A stretch of DNA of 64,000 bases, from the NCBI GenBank assembly GCA_002811645.1, contig PDIP01000149.1, positions 1 through 64,000 on the forward strand, written 5' to 3'. A program made the position numbers and the translations under genes. Below the pieces are notes generated by a model that searched no databases, was not told the origin of the DNA, and saw only the letters and a program-made list of their open reading frames with translations. This document shows, piece after piece, positions 46,210 to 58,343 of the stretch (its first letter is position 1; each line of letters begins with the position of its first letter). This DNA comes from Corallochytrium limacisporum Hawaii (lineage: Eukaryota; Protista; Pluriformea).

Positions 46210-48477
46210 ATGATTGTAAAACCGTACTTCCCACCGTTTCTCAAGAACGGTTTTCCGCATAGTCTTGCAGTCCTGAAACGGCCCGATAGCCAGGCTATTC
46301 GACGGAGCAGGTCTCTAGATCGCAACACTGCGACCAGCAAAGGCCTCGTGCCCAATGGAAGTAACACCAGCGGAGACACTACTCCGGAGACTAGCCCACG
46401 AAAGGGCCCCTCTCTCGGATCAGAACTTGCGTCCAAGAGCAGTGACTCTCTCAGAGGAACCATTAGGAATGGAATCAGCCCCTTGCTTCGTCGCAAATCA
46501 AGAGACGTTACGGCCAGTTCAGGCAGAGTGACCCCGGCGGTCCAGGACTATGCAAGCAAGTACGAAAACGAATATTTTTTACTAGCACATTTGGAGTCGT
46601 GGGCTCTCCTGCACAAGGCGGTGTACAAGACACGGTACTGGATCCTCATGAAGGGAAGCTCTCTGAGTCCACGCTCTCCAATCAACCCGGAAGGCAATGC
46701 TTACATTGTTATTGCTAAGGCGGAGGACAAGGATGACATTCTCGCCGATTGGAAGAGTTTGGAAGATAAGGTCTTGCCCAGGCTACGCGATAATCCAGCC
46801 ATGGCTGACCGAATCGATGAGGTCATCAAGCAGCTGCTTAATAGTGGTGATATTTATCCCGTAACCTTCAAACGCAGCGGCAGTGTTGTTGTGCGCCGGG
46901 TTGGAAAGTACAAAGTCATTCAGCGTCTCGGTCGGGGTGCCTTTGGTGCCATTCGTTTGGCCGTTGACGAGGAGACGGGACAAAAGGTTGCGCTGAAAAT
47001 GGGCGATGTAAAGCGTAAGGACGCCATGCGGACTTTCCGACGCGAGAGCGAGGTCATGCGCAATCTACATCATCCCAACGTTGTGGCAGCGTACCAACTG
47101 ATCACAAGTGATACGTTTGTTTGCCTTGTGCTTGAGTACTGCTCCGGAGGCGACTTGCTATCGTACATCAACGAATCTCCCGCAGGTATGCTGACTGATC
47201 GGGAAGCCAAGCGGATTACTTTTGAATTGTGTCAAGGAATCAATTACCTTCACGAACACGGGATTATTCATCGTGACATCAAGCCGGGAAACATTCTGCT
47301 CGACGCAAAGAGACGTGTCAAAGTTATCGACTTCGGTCTTGCCCGCTTCGTCGAGAAGGGTAATTTCATGGCCAAGACCCTCTGCGGTTCGCCATTCTAT
47401 GCCGCTCCGGAACTGCTGACGCGCAACTACGACGGTGCCAAAGCTGATATGTGGAGCATCGGTGTTGTCCTGTATAACATGGTCACAGGTGAGGCACCGT
47501 ACGCTGGCGATCCTAACGCACCCTTGCCCAAGTTCCTGAAGGGGTTGCAGCATTATCGTTTCACTCTTCCACGGTATGTGAACAGAAAGCCTGGCGAAAT
47601 CATTGCCAAACTCATGGTCCTTGACCCGCAGCAGCGTGCTGGTATGAGGGAGATTCTCGATGACGACTGGTTCTACAGCGTCAGGGCAATGTATGAAGCG
47701 AGCCTGAAGTTCAATGTCGAAAGCGAACGGGACGACCGGGAACACATGCGCAAACGGGCTCGGGAGTTGACTGAAATAACCCGGGAACGCATCCAGGACA
47801 AATACTGGAAGGAATGGAAGAAAGAAGGGGAAACCACAATTTACGTGCCCAAGGATGACCGCAAGTGCGAGAAGAATCGCTACATTTCCGTGATGCAGCG
47901 GGCACCCCTGCATTTTGACTGTAGTGAAGTGGCGACGAATCTATCTAGTTTGCATGATAGTGAATATGCCATCGAACAGCCGGAGCGTGTTGAGGTCTAC
48001 TCCAACCACACATATGTGATCTATAGTGCCCACCAACGCCAAGGGCGGCTAGGCTTCGGTAAAGAGAGCCGCGATTTCGTTACGTTGGTACACAAAGACA
48101 TTGTCGTCAACGATGAGAAGGAGCTACAGGAGGTCTGTGTAGGAGCACAGAGCGTTGACCACTGGGCGGTGCCCTCACAAGCAGACTGGGTACGGGCTAA
48201 GACGCGTCATTTGGGGGCGCTGGTGACCAAGACCGGTGATCATGAATGCCATCTGACAGTTATTTATGACCTCGACCTAACCAAACCAGTTAGCGGTTCA
48301 ATCTACAAGGACCTCTTTACAGAGGCGGCACATGGCGTTGACCGCGTCCGTCAGCGCCTGGAAGCAAAGCACACACACGATTACGGCAACTGGATGGCCA
48401 AGAAGCAGGCCAAGCGGGGACATGGCAGTCGGATCGATCTGGCTAGTTTCTTTGCGTCCAGTAGAGATCAAAGTTGA
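46210..48477 (+). CDS. Ser/Thr kinase (CAMK group, AMPK-related) fused to a C-terminal START lipid-binding domain
   Basis: Kinase at about aa 234-488: LGRGAFG, VALK, HRDIKPGN, DFG, TLCGSPFYAAPE, DMWSIGV. START-like segment ESRDFVTL...AQSVDHWAVPSQADWVRAK...CHLTVIYDLDL followed by a terminal helix. Confidence 0.9.
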   Translation: MIVKPYFPPFLKNGFPHSLAVLKRPDSQAIRRSRSLDRNTATSKGLVPNGSNTSGDTTPETSPRKGPSLGSELASKSSDSLRGTIRNGISPLLRRKSRDVTASSGRVTPAVQDYASKYENEYFLLAHLESWALLHKAVYKTRYWILMKGSSLSPRSPINPEGNAYIVIAKAEDKDDILADWKSLEDKVLPRLRDNPAMADRIDEVIKQLLNSGDIYPVTFKRSGSVVVRRVGKYKVIQRLGRGAFGAIRLAVDEETGQKVALKMGDVKRKDAMRTFRRESEVMRNLHHPNVVAAYQLITSDTFVCLVLEYCSGGDLLSYINESPAGMLTDREAKRITFELCQGINYLHEHGIIHRDIKPGNILLDAKRRVKVIDFGLARFVEKGNFMAKTLCGSPFYAAPELLTRNYDGAKADMWSIGVVLYNMVTGEAPYAGDPNAPLPKFLKGLQHYRFTLPRYVNRKPGEIIAKLMVLDPQQRAGMREILDDDWFYSVRAMYEASLKFNVESERDDREHMRKRARELTEITRERIQDKYWKEWKKEGETTIYVPKDDRKCEKNRYISVMQRAPLHFDCSEVATNLSSLHDSEYAIEQPERVEVYSNHTYVIYSAHQRQGRLGFGKESRDFVTLVHKDIVVNDEKELQEVCVGAQSVDHWAVPSQADWVRAKTRHLGALVTKTGDHECHLTVIYDLDLTKPVSGSIYKDLFTEAAHGVDRVRQRLEAKHTHDYGNWMAKKQAKRGHGSRIDLASFFASSRDQS

Positions 48478-48658
48478 AGGCACTGCCAGAACGATACCTC
48501 AATGACTCCAACAAAGCATAACACATTCACCCTTGCCATATCTGTCTTGTAAAATCACACATCATACATTGCTCTGTCACTAATACATGAACTTGTTCTA
48601 TTCATTCATACGCTAATAGTTTGGTATGTCACAGCACTGAATGTTGTTCTCAGATCGT

Positions 48659-49351
48659 CTACTGAGCTTTGGCACGCGCCTCACTGCAGCTCTTGCAGGT
48701 CTCGTGCATGGGCTTGTTCACCTCCTGCACTTCGGGTCTGGCATTCATCGAGTCCAGGAAATTGCGCAGGCGTGGGAACTTATTGCCTTGAATGTCCGCG
48801 ACACCATGTTTCTCAAAATGGTGAAGGCAGACGTACATAACAACGTCCGCATAGGTAAGCCCAACATCTTTGCCGAGCACAAACTCCGAGTTATCCTGGA
48901 AGTACTTTTCTTCCAGCATGGGTAGGGTATCAGCAGCTCCCTTTTGGAGCTCCTCCACCCGCGCGTGATCCACCGATGTGCTGAAGAGGGGCTTAAAGCT
49001 CAAGTGATAGCCCAGTCCACCTGCAGGGCCCCAGATCAGGTCCCTGCACAGCTGAATGGCCTCGTGCATGCGCGCGTTGACCTTGCGGTCCGAGGGTACC
49101 AGTTTTTTGCATTCTTCACGTCCCAGATACTCGAGGATAGCGAAGGACTCAGTCAGCTCAAAGTCTCCGTCCTTCAAAACTGGGACCTTACAGCGGACAT
49201 TTAGGCGGAGGAATTCGTCTGTCTTGTGTTCACCCTTGTGCAGCATAAGATTGTGGAGTTCAAAGTTCACATGGCAAAGATTCAGAGACACATGGACAAT
49301 ACGGCATGGGTTGGACAGGCCCTCGGCCATATTGTACATTTGTAAAACCAT
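48659..49351 (-). CDS. Glutathione S-transferase, theta-like class
   Basis: LSNPCR active-site segment, KGEHKTDEFLRLN, KVPVLKDGDFELTESFAILEYL, LTYAD N-capping box, FPRLRNF. Confidence 0.93.
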   Translation of the reverse strand: MVLQMYNMAEGLSNPCRIVHVSLNLCHVNFELHNLMLHKGEHKTDEFLRLNVRCKVPVLKDGDFELTESFAILEYLGREECKKLVPSDRKVNARMHEAIQLCRDLIWGPAGGLGYHLSFKPLFSTSVDHARVEELQKGAADTLPMLEEKYFQDNSEFVLGKDVGLTYADVVMYVCLHHFEKHGVADIQGNKFPRLRNFLDSMNARPEVQEVNKPMHETCKSCSEARAKAQ

Positions 49352-49897
49352 CTTTGACTGCGTATTAGGACCGTCATGCGTCAGATATGCAAATTATAGA
49401 TGATCAATACTTCTTGAACATGTACGCATGGGAAAGGTACTCTAGGTAGCTTTCGGCACATGGTGCGTACCATTTCGTGTACGGGTGGTGCTTGTTCCAG
49501 GACGAGATTCCCTCCTTCCATACGGATGGAATCCATGGAAGGCATGAATAAGAGATGCGCAACAAACGAATCCCGAAGTTATTATCCCTAATCAGCGGAA
49601 GTGAGGGAGAACAATATGCGATGGTCCCATCCCTACCCGCACTGGCCAAGAGAGGGAGTCCATTTCTCACAGGCCCGCCTCGAGGGGCTTTGGGTGGGCG
49701 ATGATTTGTGTGGGCCTTGCCCCGGTTTCGAAATCTGACAGTGCAGTACATAGGCTCTTTTTCTGATCATCATGTTCAGATTTGCCGTCACCCTTCGCAA
49801 CTCTAAAGGACCAACTGGCGACATCAATTAACGTCATACGCATCTAACATTTGTATGGTATAATTTTACTCTGTGTAGCTGGCGTTGCATTCTTCAA

Positions 49898-51205
49898 CTA
49901 CGCCATGAGGACCGACTCGCCAACCGTTGCGTCGTAATTGCGACTATTGTCTCCACTACCGACGCTTCCAGAGCTCTTCGAAGAGTGGCTTGCAATTAGT
50001 CCAGTACCAATGCTGACAATGAGGAACCCGAGTCCATAGGCAAAGACCTGCGTTCTGCTCTGGAACTGCTCAAACTCCTTGAAGAATACACCTCCTTCGA
50101 CCATGCTGACCAGCATCCAGAACATTTGCATCACTGGGAGGATTGTCACAGCCGGGAACTTGCGCAATGATGTGTTGAGCTGTCTAACCCAGAAAGTGGC
50201 GGTTGTGATCAGAAGTCCGATCAGGGCAGCCACAAAGAGGGTCTTATTACCCTGGAAAGGAAGCTCCTCGGTATCTGGAGCGGAGATATGGTCCCCTTTG
50301 GATGCTGCCTTCTCTAAATTCGATTCAATATTATGGCTGAGGAGCATACTAAGACACTTACCAAACAAGACACTCTGGGCTCCGATAATGCTGCTGTACA
50401 CTGCGTAGGTCACGGGTTTCAACTTGGCCAGCGTCCGGCTCAGTTTAAGCGTGTGCTCTGTGTGATTCAAATAGTGGTAGGACATCCAGGCCTTCACTGC
50501 CACAGGAAAGGCTGTCATCATGTAGTAGACATATTCAGGCCTCAAAAAGAGCTCTCGAATCTGTTCTGCGTAGTAACTGCTTGTGTCCTTGGCGCCAAAA
50601 TTCACCATCAGTAAAATTCCTATGCAAATGAGTGCAGTGCCCGAGCTCAATCGCTTTGTGATTTTCTCTTGGTTCACAAATCGTGCAAATGCGATGTTTG
50701 CCACAAACTGGATGCTCCCAAAACTTGCCAGCGTGGACTGCGGGGCGAAACTGAAGCTCGCGAAGTTGCACGCGTTACCAACAGCAAACAGGGACCAGCC
50801 CAGTGTAAATCTTATGTGCTGCGACCGTATCCGCATGCCCGCCGGCTTCAGTCTGCGTCCTAGGCTAACCAGTGAGGCCAGCAGGCCCTCAAAGAAATCT
50901 ACTACTTCGCCTTGCAAGCGGTTGACGTCTGCTGCAGGTGCATCTGCTCCCCACGGCGTCGACCCGAGGATCGGGGACGTCGAACCGTTGTCAAGGGATT
51001 CGTATTTATACTCATAAGTGGGTGATTGAGGTGCGGCTTTCTTCTTGGCAACCCGAATGTGACCTAATTTCACGACATTGGTACCGACATTCACTAAAAT
51101 GTTACCAATGATGCTCAGTAGGAGACCCATCCAGAAGCCTTTCTCTTCTGCCGATGTTGTTGCCCCCGGCGCATCTCCGCCTGCGAAGTGCAAGGGATCC
51201 TCCAT
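49898..51205 (-). CDS. NIPA-family magnesium transporter (NIPAL2/3-like)
   Basis: GLLLSIIGNILVNVGTNVVKLGH, GNACNFASFSFAPQSTLASFGSIQFVAN, GAQSVLFGK, LNTSLRKF...ILPVMQ, GGVFFKEF. Confidence 0.92.
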   Translation of the reverse strand: MEDPLHFAGGDAPGATTSAEEKGFWMGLLLSIIGNILVNVGTNVVKLGHIRVAKKKAAPQSPTYEYKYESLDNGSTSPILGSTPWGADAPAADVNRLQGEVVDFFEGLLASLVSLGRRLKPAGMRIRSQHIRFTLGWSLFAVGNACNFASFSFAPQSTLASFGSIQFVANIAFARFVNQEKITKRLSSGTALICIGILLMVNFGAKDTSSYYAEQIRELFLRPEYVYYMMTAFPVAVKAWMSYHYLNHTEHTLKLSRTLAKLKPVTYAVYSSIIGAQSVLFGKCLSMLLSHNIESNLEKAASKGDHISAPDTEELPFQGNKTLFVAALIGLLITTATFWVRQLNTSLRKFPAVTILPVMQMFWMLVSMVEGGVFFKEFEQFQSRTQVFAYGLGFLIVSIGTGLIASHSSKSSGSVGSGDNSRNYDATVGESVLMA

Positions 51206-52492
51206 ATTATTGCTGTTCTGCTACGAGATCTCAATGGTTTCTTGATACAATTGAACATTACATTATGAATAAATTTTTGCAATATCCATGTCTTCGTCGG
51301 CTATTGTCTTTGAGTGCTGTCACTCATTTCACAGCTGCGTAACCACAACGTTTTATCTCTCACGATAAGCTCGTAGCCTGTGAACCTCGTCCAAACGTTG
51401 ACGGCTTGATCTCCAAATGCCTTTCAACAAATAGTCGAACTCCTATTTTAGTACCTGTGAAATACTGAAGTACTACAAAGCTATAAAATGATCAAAACAA
51501 AATGTCTCACCTCTGCGCCTCATATCCTAAAGTTCTACTTTCAAATCCAAAGGAAAAGTTTTGTTTGCGTGGAGCTTGATGGGAGGGGAGGGACTTGCCC
51601 TATGTGAACCTCCGCCTGGTTCCCCGGTTACCACAGTACTACTGCCGCATACTCAACGCACCTACCTCCTCCCGATTCACTGAGGACCAGGTCCGTCTCG
51701 CACCGTTGAAGCACGCAAAACCTTTAACGCCCACCGGCCCACCCGAAAAGGTGGGTATGCACCACTCACCGCAAGGGCCAAATCGCTCCATACAAAATGT
51801 ACTACGTCGTCCAGGGCGATGGGACGGTGCCCGAAGTCGCCAGCCACGCAATTTTTGCGAAGAAAACGTGAAAAAGTGGGCCAGGACAGAAAAAGAGCGT
51901 GCAGTAGTGAGAGAACCGAACCGCAATCCCCCTTCCCGGGGAAGTTGTCCCGCGGGGGTTGTGTCATAGTAGTAGGGCCGGCACGAGTTTTGAAGGCAAG
52001 GATGTGTGTGTACCCGATGAGGATCGATTTCTGCTCACGCACTACCAACACACTGTGGCCACTGGGCCAGCGGCAGGCGGACGGGGCGGAAGCGCAGTCG
52101 GAGGAGCGGGTCCCTTTTGGGCGAGAGATGGAAGTCCGGTACTGAAAGTACTGAGCGCCCGGCGGAAGGCCCTGGGCCGAAGAGGTGTTTCCGCCCCACA
52201 GGCGGGGAGATAGTGGATGAGGATTTTCAGATGGCGCGAATGACTCGGCGGCGGGGCGCCGGCGGGTGCCTTGAAGAATAAAGTACGCACACATGTGTGC
52301 CGCTTGTTTTCTTTGCAGAAAACTTCTACGTTCGGCTGTTGGTTAAGGTGTACAAAGGGAACGATCAGAGAACATTGCACAGCATACAACGTGGTTCAAT
52401 ACCCACTATGACCCTAGGCATTATGTGAGTGTCCGCATTCTCATGGGAAGATTACTCACTGTGGTGCGGTGGTAGTAGTGGATCCTTCGGGC

Positions 52493-53305
52493 ATGAGAAT
52501 GTCAAAAGAGAACTTCATTGCGGGGCAGCTTTCGGCCTTTTTTAAAGGTCACGGCACTGATGCAGAGGAGCTTGATAGTGTCATCACTGAGGGTGCGGTG
52601 GTCACATACATTACTGAACCCCTTGCCGACGCTGACACTCCTGATGAACTCATTGAGCTGGCTGACATGATCTTGGCCTATTTGCCATCTGCAGAAGTGG
52701 AGCAGAGCGAAGTGTGTGCATGGTTAGAGACGCTTCGTGTAGATTTGAAGCAACGGGATCAGGCTGACACTGACGACGTCCACCGGAAGTCTCAGACCGA
52801 CAACGTCAAGGTGATGTTGTCGCCTTCATCACATTTCCAAAGCATGTACCCTTCGCTTGACCTGAAGGAAATTGAGCAAATTTTGGATAGTATAGTAGAT
52901 TTCGACATTGGTAATGAAACACATGTAGACCAGGCCACTGATCTTTTGTTGCAGGCAGTGGAAGATAAGGCCGCGTTGAACAGGGATCGACGGGAGAGTG
53001 CTGACAGCAAAGGATCGCAGGCTGGTGAAGACAACAGTATCAAGAATATCATCCTAGACCGTTATTTTGGTAAAGAAGTCATTGAAGGCAATGAAATTAA
53101 TGAGAGCAAGATTCGAGTCGATCCAAATTGGAAGAAAACCCGCAAAGATGCCGTACAGGAACCCAAGACGATGTACCGCAATGGCCAGGTAGTAAGTACA
53201 AGGGGCGAGCGCTATAGCGTCATCAAGGATCCCAGAGAGGACACAGAGGAGATGAAGAAGACATACGTCAACCTTAAGCCGGCACGCAAATACCGATTCC
53301 ACTGA
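52493..53305 (+). CDS. CUEDC2: CUE domain-containing protein 2 (start at 52493 or 52499)
   Basis: Central CUE-like QSMYPSLDLKEIEQIL...ATDLLL; conserved C-terminus MYRNGQVVSTRGERY...EEMKKTYVNLKPARKYRFH. Confidence 0.9.
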   Translation: MRMSKENFIAGQLSAFFKGHGTDAEELDSVITEGAVVTYITEPLADADTPDELIELADMILAYLPSAEVEQSEVCAWLETLRVDLKQRDQADTDDVHRKSQTDNVKVMLSPSSHFQSMYPSLDLKEIEQILDSIVDFDIGNETHVDQATDLLLQAVEDKAALNRDRRESADSKGSQAGEDNSIKNIILDRYFGKEVIEGNEINESKIRVDPNWKKTRKDAVQEPKTMYRNGQVVSTRGERYSVIKDPREDTEEMKKTYVNLKPARKYRFH

Positions 53306-54224
53306 CCGATCAGAAGCGGACAACTGAGCTCCACCTGAGTGCGGTATCGGGAGTCTATTTTCCAGGTTCAGTGGCGCACCAAGCGCCACGTCCGACAGAA
53401 TCCCTCCATGAAATATAGTTCAAGTGAATCAATAGTTTCAATATATAGAAAAGCAGAGAGTTTTCTGCCTTAGATTTTTCAGCACTACCTCATACTAAAA
53501 GATCGGGTGATTTAAGTGTGCTCGGAAATTTGAATCGACTGGGAATCTAGCCAAGTCCCCTTCAGATTTTGGGGAGAATCGCCTCGTCCCACTTGCAGGT
53601 CCGAAGTCGAGCGCTGGTTGGCTGGAGGGCACTGATGGCCGAATTGCAGTTCTGGACCGCACCATCACGCGCAACAAGCCACACGTAAAAACCTCGAACC
53701 TCTCACACCACCCATCGAACAGACAATTTAACCTTTCATGCAATAAGTAAGTACGGTGCTGGCACTAAAAGTTGGTGTTCGGCGAAACCAATTTTCAGTT
53801 GGTGCCGGTCAAACGAATCCGAGTTCCGCCAACACAGTAACGGCGGGCGGTATAGGTAAAGCAAACCCTTACCACTATGGTACAGACTTGAAACGTTCTC
53901 ACACTTTCAATCTTGGTGCAATGCACAAACAATGGTGTGTCTAGTACATTTGCCCGCATACTGCACTAGTCCTCCTCGATTTGTGAGAAATTTTGGGGAA
54001 GCGGTTGATGCACTAAACATTGTTTTCTTTCGGTCGATGTGGAGAAGACACGGTCCTCTAAACAAAGTCTTCTTTCACCATGCTAAACATGACAGATGAT
54101 GTCTATCATTTCTATTCAATGTGTTCACAAAGGATCTCGACGGCAGGGTCTTCTTCACCAAGAGTTGAGTTGGACCTAGGAGCGTTACTCAATATGCACG
54201 AAATTAGCATCCAAAAAGCACAAC

Positions 54225-54419
54225 AGGGCCCCGATCGTTCTCGAAGAGTGATGCTGACGAATGTTCCTGTGGATGTTCGAGGCACTTCGACGGTGCCTCA
54301 GGAGTGTAGGGCTGCTACAATCGCATAAGTGTGATATGAGAACACCGAGCTGCTGAAATCCGATCAGCATGTGACCCCTCCTGTCACTTGCTCCCCCAAC
54401 TCCCCAATGCGGGGGCCTT
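54225..54419 (+). ncRNA. Candidate structured RNA of unknown family (cloverleaf plus possible pseudoknot)
   Basis: Abutting helices 54279-85/54293-99, 54305-09/54315-19 and 54320-24/54331-35, closed by 54274-78/54340-44 and 54251-57/54364-70; hairpin 54371-87. G-U pairs favour the plus strand. Confidence 0.3.
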
Positions 54420-55958
54420 ATCAACGTTCCCACCTTCGGTCAAACGTACATTGGTGAAAAAAGACCGATGCAGTGATTACCGAGTGACCGGTGTTCTTTG
54501 TCCCAAAACAATCCTCCAACCAAAAAGTCCTGGAGGAGCGCCAATGCCCCGTGTGTCCCTCTCAGTGGCGCAGACAGCTAATCTACCTCCTCCTCCAACA
54601 TCCCCAATCTCGCCCATGTGAATGTGTGCCCACCGCCCGGTATATTCACTATGGAACTCCGCATTGCCCCACGTGACTTTTCTCTCTTGCTTCCCCAGTG
54701 TCCTTCACCGCCTCGCCCACCCCTCGTCTTCCCATTTTCCTTCTTTACCGCGTTTGAGTATGAAAAAGTGGCCCCAATCTACCGCCTCACAGGCGACATA
54801 AGAACAAGACGTACTAGTACATTTACTACTAGAGAGAGGTCTGCTATTTTTAGTGTGTCTAATTTTTTCACTTTTCTTTACTAAGACCAGCGTGGCGGCC
54901 TCGACTCAGTAAGTCAGCATCCAAATTGCCGGTATTGAATGTACCGGGAAACAGCAAGCTCGCTGATGTTCCGCCCGGACCTCGCATACCGAAGAATTTC
55001 CGGGGGAACAGGAAAAGTTCAGAGGTGAATGTATGGGTATTTCTGGTTACGAAATTTATGGGATCACTCTCTGAAGAATGTCGTGCTCGATGTTCATCAA
55101 CGTGAATAAGTCCAACAACGCCCGCAAGCAAATGTCCCCCGCATTGCGCGCGATCTGTTTGCTCACAAGCAATACTGCTATATCCTGACTGCGACCATGG
55201 TCTAGTTTGCTCTGTGTCAATGATGCCGACCGTTTTGAAAACCGCGCGACCGGGGAAACTATGCGTACCCAATCAGCAAAGAGAGTTACAATTGCCCCTC
55301 ATCCCCGCTGAGTCTTGATCATCATCATCATTTCTCCCATCGCAAGACGATGACCATCCATGCACTAAGAACGTGTAACTTGGTGCATTGACGTTCCAAA
55401 AATGATGTGGCCAAACCGGTGTTGTTGGGGGGAAATCAGGGGACTATGGCTCTAGAACAGTGGAGTGGTGGGGGGGAGGGATCTTCCAATGCGCAGGGGC
55501 TCTTCCATTGAAAGGGGGGGTCAGCCAAACTGTAATCCCGCACTGAGCACGCAGGCAACAGTACCACGACCAGTCCGGTGTGCCTTTCCGTTGCTTTGCC
55601 TGCCTTTGCGTTCCGTACGTTCCGGAACACCCTGGGCACGTCGCGGAAGACCGTTTTCGACCCGTACCCGATCCTTTGGCAATACGGTCAATTATGAACT
55701 GGTCCGGTGTGCAGCCAGCCACAGGGCAAAGACCGGCAGTGGGAAGAAATGAAAAGGAAAAGGGGGAGGGGTCGGCCCGGGAGGGAAGGGGATGGGACAT
55801 TTAAAACGAAACAGATGAAAACAGATATCGAACAATTAAAACCTTAACACACACAGCGGTCCCGCGAAAAAAAAAGAAAGAAAACCAGCAGCTCCGAGGA
55901 AAGAAAAAGCCAAGCGCTGGTGTGTGCCACGCGAAAACGTGTGGGCCAGAAATTGTCC

Positions 55959-55982
55959 GGGGGGGGGGGGGGGGGGGGGGGG
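55959..55982. repeat. G24 homopolymer, the longest of many G/C tracts
   Basis: 24 consecutive G. Confidence 0.95.
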
Positions 55983-58343
55983 TTTGGAACAGCTTCCGGA
56001 TGCCTGCTTCGGCTTCATCATTCTTGGCCATCCTCAGTTCCCATAAATATCGCCTCGCTAGGTCCAAATACTCGGCTATGACTTTCTCACATGGAGCATG
56101 TACTAAGGAATTGTGGTGAAAAGATAAAGGTACCATCATCGAGCTCAAGTGACACTCACAGCACTGACCACGGAATTCCATGACCTTGGCTATTTCACCA
56201 ATCTTTCGGGCATGGCTCGTGATCAAACTTTTGCTCGTTTGTGGCCGGTTTCTCGTGAACGAAGGGCTCCTGCTATAGGATTCCGACCACTGTAGTCTCA
56301 CTGAAGCTGGTGACACCGAGTAAAGAATTTCTCCGGTATGTGTTGCACCTCCTGCACTTGTATACTCAAATGGGTACCTGTACATTTGGCGATACGCTTG
56401 CACGGATGTCTGGCTTTTTTCTAAGTTTTTCGTCGTTTCTCCGCGTGTTCCAGCCTTTGTGTGATGCATTAATGTCCATGCATCTACCGTGACGACGGCA
56501 AGCATCCGCGATGCACGGATCAGTCAATGAACTTCATTTTTGCCTATTGTTCTGGTATGCATTGTATCTGTTGACGATTCATGAACCAGTGATCACCAGT
56601 AGATGACTCAGACAGCCAAGACATATCGACACTTAATTAGAATAGCGCAAATCCGCCACGTATATCCCTTGCCGCAGTTCTTCTATTCGCACACACTGAA
56701 TGACCCAAAGCGACTAACCCAAAGAACAGGACCCCACATCGTGGGTGCCGCCCTGCCGCACTGCACGGCTGCGGGGATTGATGAGAGATGTCAGCACGTC
56801 CGATCATCGCATAAAATAAAGAAGAACACAGTGGAAACAGAGATCTCCATCGCCCTTGTGTTTGGACCATGAAACGGCTTCTGCTCTAAGCCGTCCGGAA
56901 TCATTCACAATGTCGAAGATTCGGATAGCGCTGCGCTACCACATGAATGAAGAAATTCGGGTCAGAGTGTCGTGGGGTTTAAAAAAATATTTCTTCTGTG
57001 ACCCAAAGGATGAATAAATTTCCAAAGTAGAAATTGAGATTCGTGAACTACCTACTGTTGACCACCGTACCAATCTTTGCCAAAAAAAATATTCATGCTC
57101 GAATTCCCATGGGGTGGGTCTCGAGACACACCTTCTGCCGCTCCACAGAGGACTCCAACGGGAGGGCAGGGACGGCAGACAGAGTCAGTTGCAAAATGAG
57201 GAAATGAAACATCTCTCGATTTCCACTTTTCCAAGTTTTTCTGGCACCGTCATCCTCCATGATAAACGCCGGGTATTTTACTAGTCGAAACTGAAGGAAG
57301 CCCGTGCCGAAGTGAACGGAATGGCTAGTCTTGGGGCGCAGCGACCAATGTTCAGTACTGCAGTAGTCAAGTTTGTAGCCCCACACAATTCAGGATAGGA
57401 TACCAGTATTTCCGTGCCACTCTGTGCTCCTGTCTGCATTGAAACTGAAGGACCTCAAGAAAGCCGTAAGCGTTCGCAGTGCGCACAGTCCACGGACGGT
57501 CAGGGAGTTCTGAAAGGAAGAGCGGACGGCTCCACCAACGATGCACTATCACAGAGCGGACAAGGTGACATGTGAGTGCCAGAGTGCTGACATCCATAAC
57601 TTGTACAATCTATGCTTAGAGCATGCGGCCACTTAAGCTCACAGCCACCAACAAGCCTTCATCCATCGACAACACTAAGCAGATCGCATCGCGTCATTTG
57701 TTCCGTGGATCTGTTGACACTGTGGGTAAGTGTATTCATCATCGTATTCGATACCCATAGGATCCAAGCCCCCTATGGGCATCTAGGAACATCCAGCATC
57801 TGTACACCGATTGCACGTTGCGTATCACAATGGACAAGTCCGCGCCTTTCTCCTGGCTCTTCAGCGAGTACCCGGTTTGTGTCTCATTGGTTGTCACTGT
57901 TAACCCCCTCCTGCGGGTTTGGGGATATAAATCCCCATATATTCAGTAGGTCAAAAGGTAAGAGATCGTGGGGATTCACTGGACGGAATAAAGGAAACAA
58001 GGAAGAAAAGAAGCTGAATGGGGGAGAACAATACTTGTCGACGCACAGCTTCCCGGGGCCGCCCCGCTAGTGGAGAATGGGTTCTTCATAAACAGAACCC
58101 CATCCAGAGTGTCACGGTGGCCTTAAACTTGAAACGCAAATTTCTTTATTTTGAAAGAGTCTTAATATGACTCGCCGAGGATATGCGAGCGAAGAATGTG
58201 ATGTAAATTCATGATTGCTGGTGCATGGATACTGTAAGATGATAGTAGTCCTAGCACTTTCTTTAATTTGTGCACCGTGTAACATGCGCGTGTTCTTTAA
58301 ATCATGTGGTCACTGAAAGTCGATCTCAAACATGTAGCAGTGT

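Noticed and set aside
54200-54480. RNase MRP, U11, riboswitch or dicistrovirus IGR-IRES identity for the structured region
   Set aside because: Missing the GAAAGUCCCC/GARAR motifs, Sm site and aptamer cores; the CAGCC loop on the minus strand is isolated and G-U pairs favour the plus strand.
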